A stretch of 64,000 nucleotides of DNA from Bacillales bacterium (GCA_029256085.1 JAQSYP010000002.1:264426-328425), one strand, 5' to 3'. Positions 30,129 to 40,256 are shown, numbered from the stretch's first letter. Numbers and translations are program-made. Notes: generated by a model from the sequence alone, not told the origin.

Positions 30129-30728
30129 GTGACTATATTGGAAGATACCTTATCAGCATTAATTAAGATTATAAAACAAGTTCCTATAAACGGTCGTTAC
30201 ATTCTGGGCATTGATGGATTAGGTCGTGCTGGCAAGACCACAATTGTTAAGGAAATAAGTAATAAATTAACTGACAAACCATTTTTTATTTTTCATATAG
30301 ACGATCATATCGTTGAAAGAAAATTTAGATATAACACTAGTTTAGCAGAATGGGAAGAATATTACTTTTTACAATGGAAAGTTGGTTGGCTTGCTGAAAA
30401 CTTTTTCCAAAAGTTAAAAGATTCTAGTAGTAACTTTGATTTGCCATATTATGATAAGGCAACTGACCAAATTTCAATCAAAAGTATCGAATTACCTACT
30501 AATTGCCTCATAATTATTGAAGGTGTTTTTCTCCAAAGAAAAGAATGGCGAGATTTCTTTGACTATGTAGTATATATGGACTGTCCAAGAAAAGAGAGGT
30601 TTCAACGAGAAGATGAGTTAACACAGTTAAATCTTAATAAGTTAGAAAAACGGTACTGGAAGGCTGAAGAGTATTATTTGCAAACTGAAAAACCAATGGA
30701 AAGAGCAAATTTTATTATAAGTGGTTAA
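30129..30728 (+). CDS. P-loop kinase (uridine kinase-like family)
   Basis: Walker A GIDGLGRAGKTT. About 200 aa. Confidence 0.55.
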   Translation: MTILEDTLSALIKIIKQVPINGRYILGIDGLGRAGKTTIVKEISNKLTDKPFFIFHIDDHIVERKFRYNTSLAEWEEYYFLQWKVGWLAENFFQKLKDSSSNFDLPYYDKATDQISIKSIELPTNCLIIIEGVFLQRKEWRDFFDYVVYMDCPRKERFQREDELTQLNLNKLEKRYWKAEEYYLQTEKPMERANFIISG

Positions 30729-30762
30729 TTATTTAAAGATACATTAAAATAGGGGTCTAAAT

Positions 30763-31488
30763 ATGAAAAAATATAAACACATAATATCACTTGGATTCTT
30801 TTGTAGCACAGCACTTGAATTAGAAAGGATTGGATTGAGAGATAGTAGCAGTCCTTTTGATTGGCTAATTTCAGATTTTAAGGGTGTAATTGAATGTATT
30901 GATAATGGATTTGATGATTTATTGAACTATGATAATATTTCACAGTACAAAGAAATACCTCAATATTATGTAGATAATAAGTATAATCTACACTTCTATC
31001 ATGATTTTTCTGGCTATGCTAGCTTGATGAATCAATTACCAAAAGTTCAAGAAAAGTATAGAAGGAGAATTGATAGGTTCTATAAAAACATAAAAGAACC
31101 AACATTATTTTTATATTATATAAAGGATATGGTTGAACTAGAATATATTGAAAGGGATTACTCTTCTATTATTTCAATTCTAAAAAAAAGCAATTCGAAT
31201 AATAATCTAATTTTAATTTCAAACGAAGACATTACTTCTCAATCATTATATATTTATTATGTGAAAAAAGATGACACTGATTCTGTTGCTAGAGTATTTC
31301 TAGAAAAAAATAAAGAGCTAAACGATTATTTGTGTTCTGATATCTATGATTCAAATAAAAGGCAATCTAACATTAATAGATTTAAAAGTGGTATTAAAAA
31401 GAAAAAACTACTATCTTATTCTGAAGTAATTATATCTAAAGTGCAAAGGAAATTACTTAAAAAATACATTCATAGTTCAACATGTTAG
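30763..31488 (+). CDS. DUF1796-like hypothetical protein (putative papain-like peptidase family)
   Basis: ISLGFFCSTALELERIGLRDSSSPFDW N-terminus. Confidence 0.4.
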   Translation: MKKYKHIISLGFFCSTALELERIGLRDSSSPFDWLISDFKGVIECIDNGFDDLLNYDNISQYKEIPQYYVDNKYNLHFYHDFSGYASLMNQLPKVQEKYRRRIDRFYKNIKEPTLFLYYIKDMVELEYIERDYSSIISILKKSNSNNNLILISNEDITSQSLYIYYVKKDDTDSVARVFLEKNKELNDYLCSDIYDSNKRQSNINRFKSGIKKKKLLSYSEVIISKVQRKLLKKYIHSSTC

Positions 31489-31520
31489 TAATAAATACGA
31501 ATATTATCCCAACTATTTTT

Positions 31521-31556
31521 AGTACATCAATCCCAATTGTTCAGTCTCACAATTGG
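31521..31556. terminator. bidirectional terminator hairpin
   Basis: ATCCCAATTG-TTCAGTCTCAC-AATTGGGAT hairpin followed by TTTTT. Confidence 0.6.
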
Positions 31557-31572
31557 GATTATTTTTAATGAT

Positions 31573-32238
31573 TTAGCATTTGTTTAATAACATATAATCA
31601 TTAAGTTTTTGTTTAAAATCATCTATTTTGAATAATACGTTATTTGGCTGTGTTACAAAATTTGATGTTTGATAATTAGGTAACCATTGAACTCCTATTG
31701 TATAAACGTTTGCCTTTAGACCTGCAACTATATCTGCCTCGCTGTCCCCAATAAATAGTGCGTCATCATTTTTCACATTCAATAGATTTAGAGCTTTAAT
31801 TATTCCTTCAGGATCAGGCTTTGGATTCTCAACATCCTCACTAGTAATAATTACATCAAATAAAGTTTCCATTTCAAGTGCCTTTAATGAAATATCTAAG
31901 CTTCTTTTACCTTTGCCTGTAACGATTCCGAGTTTTACCCCTTTTTCTTTAATACTCTTGAGCAAATCTTCTATATCACTATTTTTCTTAACCAATTCTG
32001 AATGGTTTTCAAAATACTTTTCATAATACATTTCAATTGCTTTCTCTTTATCTGAACTTAATAAATTCTTAAGTATAATACCTTTTTCACATGGACCAAA
32101 CATCCCTACAATCTCTTCTGGTGAGATGTCCCTATTATCAAACTCTTTAAATACATACTTAAAAGCGTAAAAACAAATAGGTAATGTGTCGGCTAGTGTC
32201 CCATCAAAATCAAATATAACTGCTTTAATACCAATCAC
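31573..32238 (-). CDS. HAD family hydrolase (phosphatase)
   Basis: VIFDFDGTLADT motif I, plus GDSEADI. Confidence 0.8.
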   Translation of the reverse strand: MIGIKAVIFDFDGTLADTLPICFYAFKYVFKEFDNRDISPEEIVGMFGPCEKGIILKNLLSSDKEKAIEMYYEKYFENHSELVKKNSDIEDLLKSIKEKGVKLGIVTGKGKRSLDISLKALEMETLFDVIITSEDVENPKPDPEGIIKALNLLNVKNDDALFIGDSEADIVAGLKANVYTIGVQWLPNYQTSNFVTQPNNVLFKIDDFKQKLNDYMLLNKC

Positions 32239-32262
32239 TTCCTTTTACTTTTTATTGAAAAT

Positions 32263-32748
32263 CTATAATGTACTCCTATCTAATTTCTTTTTAAAAACGA
32301 CTCTATCTTGATTAGGTCCATCATAATCTTGAAAAACTGAAATACTGTCAGTCATTTTATTTCCCTTTTCAATACTAAATCCCATTTTCATATGGAAGTT
32401 AATTGAATCCTTATTTACAGGTGAGGTTACGCAACGTATAATACTTCTACCATTTTGGCGAGAAATCTTAAAAAACTCTTCATATAACACTTTTCCGATT
32501 TTTTGTTTTCTGTATTTAGGATGAACTCCTACAAAATGGATATAAGCTTCATCTGGATTTGATTGAGAGAGGAACCCGATTAGGAAACCAGTTACTTCTC
32601 CATCCTTTTCAGCAATAAAACTAGTATTATTAAAGTGCTCAAAAAATAACATAGGCAGCATATCAGACATTTGTCTTCCACCCCACCATTCATTTATCTG
32701 AGCTAGTATCGTGTCATAATCTGATGCAATAACAAAACGAAGCTTCAA
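32263..32748 (-). CDS. GNAT family N-acetyltransferase
   Basis: HPKYRKQKIGKVLYEEF acetyl-CoA-binding motif. Confidence 0.7.
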   Translation of the reverse strand: MKLRFVIASDYDTILAQINEWWGGRQMSDMLPMLFFEHFNNTSFIAEKDGEVTGFLIGFLSQSNPDEAYIHFVGVHPKYRKQKIGKVLYEEFFKISRQNGRSIIRCVTSPVNKDSINFHMKMGFSIEKGNKMTDSISVFQDYDGPNQDRVVFKKKLDRSTL

Positions 32749-32895
32749 TGTTGTCCCTCCTTTTTAAAACTCTTTATTAACATTCGACATATTTTTTTAA
32801 TAGTCCTTTTAATCATGGTTAGCAAACCTACAGAATTTACATACTCAAATATGTTATATTATACAGAGCATAGTCAGTAAAGGAGTTCGAACAGT

Positions 32896-35082
32896 ATGGC
32901 AAAAAGTGTAGTAATAGCTGAGAAGCCTTCCGTTGCACGTGATATCGCAAATGTCCTTAAGTGTACGAGAAAAGGTAATGGTTTTTTAGAAGGGGATAAA
33001 TATATAGTAACTTGGGCACTAGGACATTTAGTTACCCTAGCTGATCCGGAAGCTTACGATAACAAATATAAAGCATGGAATTTAGAAGATCTTCCAATGC
33101 TTCCTGAAAATATGAAGCTAGTAGTAATGAAGCAAACAGGAAAGCAGTTCAATACTGTGAAGGCACAATTAAGTCGTAATGATGTAAATGAAATAATTGT
33201 AGCTACAGATGCAGGTAGAGAAGGAGAATTAGTTGCACGTTGGATTATTGACAAAGCAAAAGTACATAAACCGATAAAACGTCTATGGATTTCTTCTGTA
33301 ACTGATAAGGCTATTAAAGATGGATTCAATAACTTAAAACCAGGTAAAGCTTATGAAAATCTATATGCATCAGCGGTAGCTCGCTCTGAAGCTGACTGGT
33401 ATATAGGATTAAATGCTACTCGTGCTTTAACGACAAAATTCAATGCTCAATTAAACTGTGGCAGAGTGCAAACTCCAACAGTTGCCATGGTTGCAGCACG
33501 AGAAGATGAAATTAAAAGTTTTAAACCGCAAACATATTATGGCATTGAAGCCCAAACTGATCAAATCAAGTTAACTTGGCAGGATGCAAATGGGAATAGT
33601 CGTAGCTTCAATAAAGAAAAAGTTGCCGATATCGTAAACTCTATTGGTAGAAAAGATGCGACTGTTATCTCGGTTGACCGCAAGAAAAAGAAAACATTTG
33701 CACCAGCACTTTACGATTTAACCGAGTTGCAGCGTGACGCTAATAAAATCTTTGGGTATTCTGCTAAAGAAACATTAAATATTATGCAAAAATTGTACGA
33801 ACAGCATAAAGTTTTAACTTACCCGCGTACCGATTCACGATATTTGTCTTCTGATATAGTGGGCACAATTCCGGATAGACTTAAAGCTTGCGCTACTGGC
33901 GAATATCGATCGCTTGTTGGGAAAATTAGCAAGCCTATTAAAGCATCAAAATCATTCGTTGATGACAGCAAAGTCAGTGATCACCATGCCATCATTCCGA
34001 CTGAGGAATATGTTAATTTTTCTGCGTTCACTGATAAAGAACGTAAAATATATGATCTTGTTGTGAAAAGATTTTTATCTGTTTTATTGCCTGCTTTTGA
34101 ATACGAACAGTTAACAGTACAGGCAAAAATCGGTAACGAAAAGTTCATAGCAAAGGGTAAATCAGTAATTAATTACGGTTGGAAAGAAGTTTATCAAAAT
34201 CGGTTTGAGGATGAGGAAACTGACGATGTCAAAGAACAACTTCTGCCCCGTCTTAACAACGGAGATATCTTAAAGACTAAATTAATCGTGCAAACTTCAG
34301 GACAAACAAAGCCACCTGCACGTTTTACTGAAGCAACACTACTTTCGGCAATGGAAAATCCGACTAAATATATGGAAACAAATGATAAAAAGCTTGTAGA
34401 CATGTTAAAGTCAACAGGCGGATTAGGTACAGTAGCCACACGAGCAGATATCATTGATAAATTATTTAATTCTTTTTTATTAGAAAAACGTGGAAGTCAG
34501 GAAATTTTCATTACTTCAAAAGGGCGCCAACTTTTAGATTTAGTCCCTGAGGAATTAAAATCTCCAGCAACAACAGCCGAGTGGGAACAAAAGCTTGAAC
34601 TAATTGCTAAAGGTAAGCTGAAGAAAGATGTTTTCATTAACGAAGTAAAAAAACATACAAAAGAAATTGTCAGTGAAATCAAATCTAGCACTAAAAAGTA
34701 TAAGCACGACAACATCTCAACAAAGTCATGCCCAGACTGTGGTAAGGCAATGCTTGAGGTTAATAGTAAAAAAGGTAAAATGCTAGTTTGCCAAGACCGA
34801 GAATGTGGACATAGAAAAAATGTAGCTCGCGTGACAAATGCCCGTTGCCCACAATGTAAGAAGAAAATGGAGCTCCGTGGTGAAGGTGAAGGTCAAATAT
34901 TTTCATGTGTGTGTGGACACCGTGAAAAACTATCGGCATTCGAAGCAAGACGTAAGAAAGAATCTGGTGGCAAAATCGACAAACGAACTGTTCAAAATTA
35001 TTTAAAACAGCAAGAAAAGGAATCAGAACCAATTAATAACCCTTTCGCTGACTTATTAAAAGGGATGAAGTTTGATAAATAA
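32896..35082 (+). CDS. topB: DNA topoisomerase III
   Basis: 728 aa. TOPRIM N-terminus (SVVIAEKPSVARDIANVL…YIVTWALGHL), the active-site tyrosine region, and C-terminal Cys4 zinc ribbons (CPDCGK…CQDRECGH; CPQCKK…CVCGH). Confidence 0.9.
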   Translation: MAKSVVIAEKPSVARDIANVLKCTRKGNGFLEGDKYIVTWALGHLVTLADPEAYDNKYKAWNLEDLPMLPENMKLVVMKQTGKQFNTVKAQLSRNDVNEIIVATDAGREGELVARWIIDKAKVHKPIKRLWISSVTDKAIKDGFNNLKPGKAYENLYASAVARSEADWYIGLNATRALTTKFNAQLNCGRVQTPTVAMVAAREDEIKSFKPQTYYGIEAQTDQIKLTWQDANGNSRSFNKEKVADIVNSIGRKDATVISVDRKKKKTFAPALYDLTELQRDANKIFGYSAKETLNIMQKLYEQHKVLTYPRTDSRYLSSDIVGTIPDRLKACATGEYRSLVGKISKPIKASKSFVDDSKVSDHHAIIPTEEYVNFSAFTDKERKIYDLVVKRFLSVLLPAFEYEQLTVQAKIGNEKFIAKGKSVINYGWKEVYQNRFEDEETDDVKEQLLPRLNNGDILKTKLIVQTSGQTKPPARFTEATLLSAMENPTKYMETNDKKLVDMLKSTGGLGTVATRADIIDKLFNSFLLEKRGSQEIFITSKGRQLLDLVPEELKSPATTAEWEQKLELIAKGKLKKDVFINEVKKHTKEIVSEIKSSTKKYKHDNISTKSCPDCGKAMLEVNSKKGKMLVCQDRECGHRKNVARVTNARCPQCKKKMELRGEGEGQIFSCVCGHREKLSAFEARRKKESGGKIDKRTVQNYLKQQEKESEPINNPFADLLKGMKFDK

Positions 35083-35088
35083 AAAAAT

Positions 35089-35110
35089 GGTGAGTCGACA
35101 TTGACTCACC
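35089..35110. terminator. perfect 8-bp-stem hairpin GGTGAGTC-GACATT-GACTCACC (first copy)
   Basis: Seen in sequence. AAAAAAA on the 5' side gives a T-run on the minus strand. Confidence 0.5.
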
Positions 35111-35357
35111 AGGGTTGATGTTTTGGAATCTGCAAGACTCCTACGGGATCAGCGAGAAGCTACTTAAAAACTAAATTGATTCTTTGGATTGGAAAAATAG
35201 ATACTTTAATAAATCTGTGTTGATTGAAGCGAAGGTGATCGACTCCAGCGGGAACAGCACGAGCCGAAAATCCATTTTTGCTAGTGAAACTAGCAAAAAT
35301 TAGTTGAGGCCGTGCCCGCGGAAAGCGAGCACCGAAAGCGCAAATCAACAAAATAAT
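35111..35357. other. ~250-bp GC-richer block bounded by two identical hairpins; candidate structured ncRNA or mini-insertion
   Basis: Contains the perfect palindrome TTTTTGCTAGT-GAAA-ACTAGCAAAAA nested inside a longer-range pairing (GCGGG…GCACG with CGTGC.CCGC). No credible ORF. Confidence 0.3.
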
Positions 35358-35379
35358 GGTGAGTCGACATTGACTCACC
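35358..35379. terminator. identical second copy of the GGTGAGTCGACATTGACTCACC hairpin, with T-runs on both sides (bidirectional terminator)
   Basis: Seen in sequence. Followed by TTTTTT on the plus strand and preceded by AAAATAA. Confidence 0.6.
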
Positions 35380-35384
35380 ATTTT

Positions 35385-36221
35385 TTAGTAGCTTTTTCGT
35401 TTGTTAGAAAGGATTATGTAGTTAATTACTTTTTGCAAAGTAAAACCAACTAATAAAATCACAACTAATAATAGTGTAATACTAGCGCCTGGAGGAGTAC
35501 CCATTTCATACGATGATACTAGACCAGTAAAAATCCCAAAGACCGACGTCATTACCGCAACTACAAAAACTAATTTAAAACCTTTAGCGATTCGTATTGC
35601 AAACGCAGCCGGTAAAACTATTAACGCCGATACTAGTAAAACCCCTATCATCGGAATTATCACTGAGATTGCTAGTCCAGTCATTATACTAAATGACAGT
35701 GAAAGTAAGTTAGTATTAATCCCTACTGTATGCGCTGTGTCTTCGTCAAATGTTAGAAGATACAATGGCTTAAAAAATACCGCCAAATATAAGAGAATCA
35801 ATACAGTAATTCCTGCCAGAATATAAACTTGCTCTGGAGAAATAGTGACAATTGAACCAAATAAGTATTGTTCAATACTTACAGTTGAATCTCCTTTATT
35901 AAAGTTTGCTAAAAACAAAGCGAATGAAAGACCAGCAGCCATTAAAATAGCTATTGAAACCTCTGAATATGACTTATAGGCTCTTCTCATATATTCAATA
36001 CAAATAGAACCTACTAAAACTACTAAAATAGTAGCAAAAGTTATATTAATGTTTGCAAAAATCCCAATAGCAACCCCAGATAATGATATATGTGAAAGGG
36101 TGTCGGCCATTAAAGCCTGTCTTCTGAGAACAAGAAAGACTCCAAGAAGGGGTGCAATAATCGCTATTAGACTACCCGCCCAAAATGCCCGTTGCATGAA
36201 TTCAAGACCAAGCATTTCCAT
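35385..36221 (-). CDS. znuB: zinc/metal ABC transporter permease (ZnuB-like)
   Basis: 278 aa with about 8 TM segments, from the ABC-3 family ([27 protein letters not shown]). Last gene of the zur–znuACB cluster. Confidence 0.8.
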   Translation of the reverse strand: MEMLGLEFMQRAFWAGSLIAIIAPLLGVFLVLRRQALMADTLSHISLSGVAIGIFANINITFATILVVLVGSICIEYMRRAYKSYSEVSIAILMAAGLSFALFLANFNKGDSTVSIEQYLFGSIVTISPEQVYILAGITVLILLYLAVFFKPLYLLTFDEDTAHTVGINTNLLSLSFSIMTGLAISVIIPMIGVLLVSALIVLPAAFAIRIAKGFKLVFVVAVMTSVFGIFTGLVSSYEMGTPPGASITLLLVVILLVGFTLQKVINYIILSNKRKSY

Positions 36222-36874
36222 CCTCCTTGTTCACCCCTTTCAATGTTAATTAATTTACTTAAATATTGTTGAACTTCGGCCTGATTATGAGTAACCATTA
36301 CAACTGTAATCCCATGGTGTTTAACTTGATGAGTCATAAATTCATAGAAACTTTTTCTACTTTCAGCATCCATTCCTGTTGTAGGTTCATCTAGAACTAA
36401 TAAATCTGGCTCTGAAGCTAGGGCACGTGCAATACAGATTTTTTGTTTTTGTCCACCTGATAGTTCACCGATTTTACGATTCCTAAGTTCCCACATTCCT
36501 ACCATCTTCAATGAATTTTCCACCTTTGTTTTGTCAGCAGTGGATAGTCTTTTGAACCAAGCGCCTTTTTTAAATCTACCTGATTCAACTAATTCAAGAA
36601 CTGTACTTGGAAATCCTACATTAAATGATGAAATCTGTTGGGGAACATAACCTATCGTTAGATTTTTTCCTTGAACATTTTTATTACTAATATAAACATC
36701 ACCTGACCACGGCTTAATAAGGCCAAGCATTAATTTAAGTAAAGTTGATTTTGACGCTCCGTTCTGCCCGGTAATTGCAACGAATTCACCTGATTCGATA
36801 GTAAAATTAACACCATTCAAACTAGGTTCATGTGAATAACCGAATACAAGATTTTCAACAGATGCAAGAATCAT
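36167..36874 (-). CDS. znuC: zinc/metal ABC transporter ATP-binding protein (ZnuC-like)
   Basis: Walker [10 protein letters not shown], signature LSGGQKQ and Walker B LLVLDEP. Confidence 0.85.
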   Translation of the reverse strand: MILASVENLVFGYSHEPSLNGVNFTIESGEFVAITGQNGASKSTLLKLMLGLIKPWSGDVYISNKNVQGKNLTIGYVPQQISSFNVGFPSTVLELVESGRFKKGAWFKRLSTADKTKVENSLKMVGMWELRNRKIGELSGGQKQKICIARALASEPDLLVLDEPTTGMDAESRKSFYEFMTHQVKHHGITVVMVTHNQAEVQQYLSKLINIERGEQGGWKCLVLNSCNGHFGRVV

Positions 36875-36950
36875 GAAATATCCCCCGTCTTGAGCATTAT
36901 AATAGTCAGAAGTGTACGTCTATTTATTGACGCACACTATTTAAGCAGTT

Positions 36951-37922
36951 CTATTGTTGCGAAAATGATTTTTCGATAGAATTTAAATTTTTCTTCATTA
37001 CTTCAATATAATTTAATCCTTTTTTCTGATCCTCTTTACTCAAGCCTTCAAGTGTGTTCAGAACGTCTGTCTTAGCACCGATTTCTGCTGCGAGAGTTTT
37101 AGCTACTTTGGGGGAAGCTAATTCTTCAAAAAAGATTGTATTTATTTTGTGTTCCTTAGCAAACTTTTTTAATTCTGCTAGTCGTGCTGGGCTAGGTTCA
37201 GCTTCTGGTGATATTCCAGAAATAGGAACTTGTTTAATATTGTATTCCCTAGTTAAATAACCAAACGCAGCATGTTGAGTAATCATTTCACTACCAGCGT
37301 GATTATTTAACTCATCTTTAAAAAGTTGATCCAATTCTGCCAATTTAGCAATATAGTTTTTACTATTTTGCTCATAAATGTCTTTATTATTTGGATCTAT
37401 TTTAATAAATGCCTCGGTAATCTTTTGAACTTCTTGTTGAGCCAACACTGGACTTAACCAAACGTGTGGGTCAACTTCATGGCTTTCTTCTTCATGGCCA
37501 TGTTCATCTTCTTTATGACCTTCTACTTCATGCTCTTCTATTCCTTCAATTAGTTCAATGTCTTCGCTAGCATTTACGAATAACGGCTTATCATTAGCAG
37601 TTAAGTTCTTCTCAACATCAGGCACCCAAGTTTCAAAATGCTCACTATTATAAATTATCATATCAGCATTTTGTATTTTCGCCATATCTTTAGGAGAAGG
37701 TTCCCAGTCATGTGGCTCTATATTTGAAGGGATCAATAATTCAACGTCAGCATTTTCACCAGCAACATTTTTAGCGAATTCATACATTGGATAGAATGTT
37801 GTTAGAATATGAATCTTTTCTTCCTTTGATTTTTCTTCATTCGGAGTACTGCCACAACCTGATAGAAGTCCTAGGAAAGAAACAGTAAGAACGCTTATTC
37901 TAAATACTTTATTAAAACTCAT
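36951..37922 (-). CDS. znuA: zinc ABC transporter substrate-binding lipoprotein (ZnuA/AdcA-like) with His-rich loop
   Basis: Lipobox LLSGCGS. HEVEGHKEDEHGHEEESHEVDPHVW is the acidic/His-rich loop characteristic of ZnuA. Confidence 0.85.
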   Translation of the reverse strand: MSFNKVFRISVLTVSFLGLLSGCGSTPNEEKSKEEKIHILTTFYPMYEFAKNVAGENADVELLIPSNIEPHDWEPSPKDMAKIQNADMIIYNSEHFETWVPDVEKNLTANDKPLFVNASEDIELIEGIEEHEVEGHKEDEHGHEEESHEVDPHVWLSPVLAQQEVQKITEAFIKIDPNNKDIYEQNSKNYIAKLAELDQLFKDELNNHAGSEMITQHAAFGYLTREYNIKQVPISGISPEAEPSPARLAELKKFAKEHKINTIFFEELASPKVAKTLAAEIGAKTDVLNTLEGLSKEDQKKGLNYIEVMKKNLNSIEKSFSQQ

Positions 37923-37944
37923 TGCTAAAATCCTCCATTTATAT

Positions 37945-37963
37945 AGTAATCATTACGATTTAG
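37945..37963. promoter_or_regulatory. Zur box-like palindrome 1 (TAGTAATCATTACGATTTA)
   Basis: Matches the Firmicutes Zur operator (AAATCGTAATnATTACGATTT). Lies upstream of znuA. Confidence 0.55.
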
Positions 37964-38013
37964 TTAATAAAAAAAATCAACTCACAATTATATATAATAT
38001 CATAAATCGTAAT

Positions 38014-38030
38014 TATTACTATTATCAAGA
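38014..38030. promoter_or_regulatory. Zur box-like palindrome 2 (AAATCGTAATTATTACT)
   Basis: 12 of 14 core positions match the Zur box consensus. Sits in the zur–znuA intergenic region. Confidence 0.55.
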
Positions 38031-38036
38031 CTTTTT

Positions 38037-38450
38037 TTATTTATTACACGGTGGGCAGTAGCCGAATAATTCGAACTTGTGATTATTGATTTGATACCCA
38101 GGCAATTGATGTTCAACGGTTTCTATCGGACAAATATTTATAGGTTTAATTACTCCACATTTTTTACATATAAAATGGTGGTGATGCAGTTTAGTATTAC
38201 AATGAACCCTGAACTGTTTTTCATTATTCATATCAATTGATTCTAGAATTTCGAGCTCAACAAACGTATAGATGTTACGATAAATCGTATCAAAACTAGC
38301 TCCAGGAAATTCTTTTTGAAAAGCCAAGATTATATCTTTTGCCGGTACATATTGATCTTGATTAAAGAACAATTCCAATAAGTGTTCTCTTTGCTTTGTA
38401 ATTTTATAACCATTTATTTTTAACTTGTTAATCGCTTGCTCAATATTCAT
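38037..38450 (-). CDS. zur: Fur family regulator, zinc-specific (Zur)
   Basis: 137 aa with a Fur-family DNA-binding helix (TKQREHLLELF), an HHHHF…CKKCG metal site and a C-terminal CPPC. Adjacent to the zinc ABC transporter and the Zur boxes. Confidence 0.75.
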   Translation of the reverse strand: MNIEQAINKLKINGYKITKQREHLLELFFNQDQYVPAKDIILAFQKEFPGASFDTIYRNIYTFVELEILESIDMNNEKQFRVHCNTKLHHHHFICKKCGVIKPINICPIETVEHQLPGYQINNHKFELFGYCPPCNK

Positions 38451-38537
38451 TAACTTCTTCCTTTTCTATACTTCATACTGATATTTTAACATAGAAAAAA
38501 CCTTCTCGCGAGAATAGACAAAGGAATTAGGGCTATT

Positions 38538-39077
38538 TTATAACTCTAATTCCATATATCTAGCACCTTCGATAGGATTGAATACGTATTGATCAATATC
38601 ATAAAATCCAAATAACAAATATAATTCTTGTGCTTTTATCATTGTAGGCAAAGTATCAAGCCTAATAAAATCATATTTTAGCAATCTTGCTTCTTCAATA
38701 ACCATTTCAATTAACTTTGCCCCAATACCTAATCCTCTAAAATCGTCACAAACATATAATCGCTTCATTTCACATATACCATCTGAAATTTTACGAAATG
38801 CGACACACCCTACTGCTTTACAATTAACTACAGCTATAATTAGAGCCCCATCCGGTGGAGCATATTTTCCAGGTAATGTTTTCAGTTCCTCTTCAAAATT
38901 TTGAAAACAAAGATCAACCTTCATTGACTTAGAATATTTTATGAAAAGTTGTCTAACTTCATCTATCATTTCTTGATTAGTTACTTTTAAATATTCAATC
39001 ATATCGTAGACCTCCGACTCTGTTGTTAATATGTATGTTCTACAAATTAGGTTGCTAATCCTTTTTTCACTAGACAT
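38538..39077 (-). CDS. GNAT family N-acetyltransferase
   Basis: RLYVCDDFRGLGIGAKLIEMVIEEA acetyl-CoA-binding motif. Confidence 0.7.
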   Translation of the reverse strand: MSSEKRISNLICRTYILTTESEVYDMIEYLKVTNQEMIDEVRQLFIKYSKSMKVDLCFQNFEEELKTLPGKYAPPDGALIIAVVNCKAVGCVAFRKISDGICEMKRLYVCDDFRGLGIGAKLIEMVIEEARLLKYDFIRLDTLPTMIKAQELYLLFGFYDIDQYVFNPIEGARYMELEL

Positions 39078-39135
39078 CCTTAAACTTTTTGTTCAAAATA
39101 GTAAATATCAACATGTACTATAAAGGAGAATAATC

Positions 39136-40008
39136 GTGGCTCAATTAACATTAGAACAATATAGCTCGAAAATTAATTTATTTGAAAAATTTATCCCAGC
39201 AGTTGATAAAATGATACACCCGATGAAAACAGTAGATAAATTACTAGAATTAATTATAAATGAAAATGGCGAATTAAATAAAAACGGGGTACCAGATGCG
39301 TATGAAGATAAAAGAAGTTTTTTAGACGCATACTTAACAGTCAGAAAACCTATGGAGCTTTCTGATGATTTCAACGTAAATATTAATACACTTTTACAAT
39401 TTGAATCACAACAAAGAGGCATTGTTAATGTGGACAACATCAATATTATCTCAAATAAAATTGCTCTTTGGCCAGGCGATATAACTAGACTTGACGCTGA
39501 TGCAATTGTAAATGCTGCAAATAATCAATTATCAGGATGTACTGCACCGTTTCATAAATGTATTGATAACCTAATTCATAGTGCAGCAGGTCCGCAACTT
39601 AGAAATGACTGTGATAAAATCATCACACTGCAAGGTGAGTTAGAAAAAACAGGTGGGGCGAAAATCACTAGAGCCTATAATTTACCGTCAAAATACGTAT
39701 TACACACGGTTGGGCCTGTTATCGAGCAAGGGACATTACTAACAAAAGAATATGAGTCTCTACTTGCTTCTAGCTATACATCATGTCTTGAGCTAGCTAA
39801 CGAAACTAATGACATTAAAACAATTGCATTTAGTCCGGTTTCAACAGGTGAATATGGATTTCCAACTCAAAAGGCAGCTGAAATTGCTATTAATGCAATA
39901 GCTGATTGGTTAGCTAACAATCCTAATAATTTTGAAAAAATAATTCTAAATGTAGTTACTAAAGATGATTACACTACTTATCAAAAAGTTATGGATCAAG
40001 AACTTTAA
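39136..40008 (+). CDS. macro domain protein (ADP-ribose binding / protein-ADP-ribose hydrolase-like) with an N-terminal extension
   Basis: The C-terminal ~180 aa (IALWPGDITRLDADAIVNAANNQLSGCTA…GPQLR) form a macro domain. The N-terminal ~110 aa are unassigned. Confidence 0.7.
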   Translation: MAQLTLEQYSSKINLFEKFIPAVDKMIHPMKTVDKLLELIINENGELNKNGVPDAYEDKRSFLDAYLTVRKPMELSDDFNVNINTLLQFESQQRGIVNVDNINIISNKIALWPGDITRLDADAIVNAANNQLSGCTAPFHKCIDNLIHSAAGPQLRNDCDKIITLQGELEKTGGAKITRAYNLPSKYVLHTVGPVIEQGTLLTKEYESLLASSYTSCLELANETNDIKTIAFSPVSTGEYGFPTQKAAEIAINAIADWLANNPNNFEKIILNVVTKDDYTTYQKVMDQEL

Positions 40009-40065
40009 TACTTCTTTGAAATTTGGCAATGCTAAACCTATATTAAATTAGTAAAGGTGATGTAA

Positions 40066-40218
40066 ATGCCACACAAGGATCATGACGATAAAATTCAAGA
40101 ACACGAAAGTAACCTTCTTGAGGATAATAGAAAAAATCCAGCGAACGAAGCATTACAAAGATATTTAAACCCTTTTTTTCCTAGAAATAATGATCGTAGT
40201 GAAACAGATCGTAAATAA
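40066..40218 (+). CDS. small hypothetical acidic/basic protein (50 aa)
   Basis: ATG 7 nt after AAAGGTGA. Followed directly by a strong terminator. Confidence 0.3.
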   Translation: MPHKDHDDKIQEHESNLLEDNRKNPANEALQRYLNPFFPRNNDRSETDRK

Positions 40219-40221
40219 GAG

Positions 40222-40256
40222 AGTGTCCCAATAGTTTTTATTTGGGACATTTTTTT
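40222..40256 (+). terminator. rho-independent terminator
   Basis: GTCCCAA-TAGTTTTTATT-TGGGAC hairpin followed by ATTTTTTTA. Confidence 0.6.

Noticed and set aside
33054-35032. Four listed minus-strand ORFs inside topB
   Set aside because: They are shadow ORFs antisense to a high-confidence 728-aa topoisomerase III gene.
35160-35381. Listed 73-aa ORF on the minus strand inside the hairpin-flanked block
   Set aside because: Low-complexity Arg/Phe-rich translation, no RBS, and it overlaps strong secondary-structure elements. The region looks more like structured non-coding DNA or RNA.
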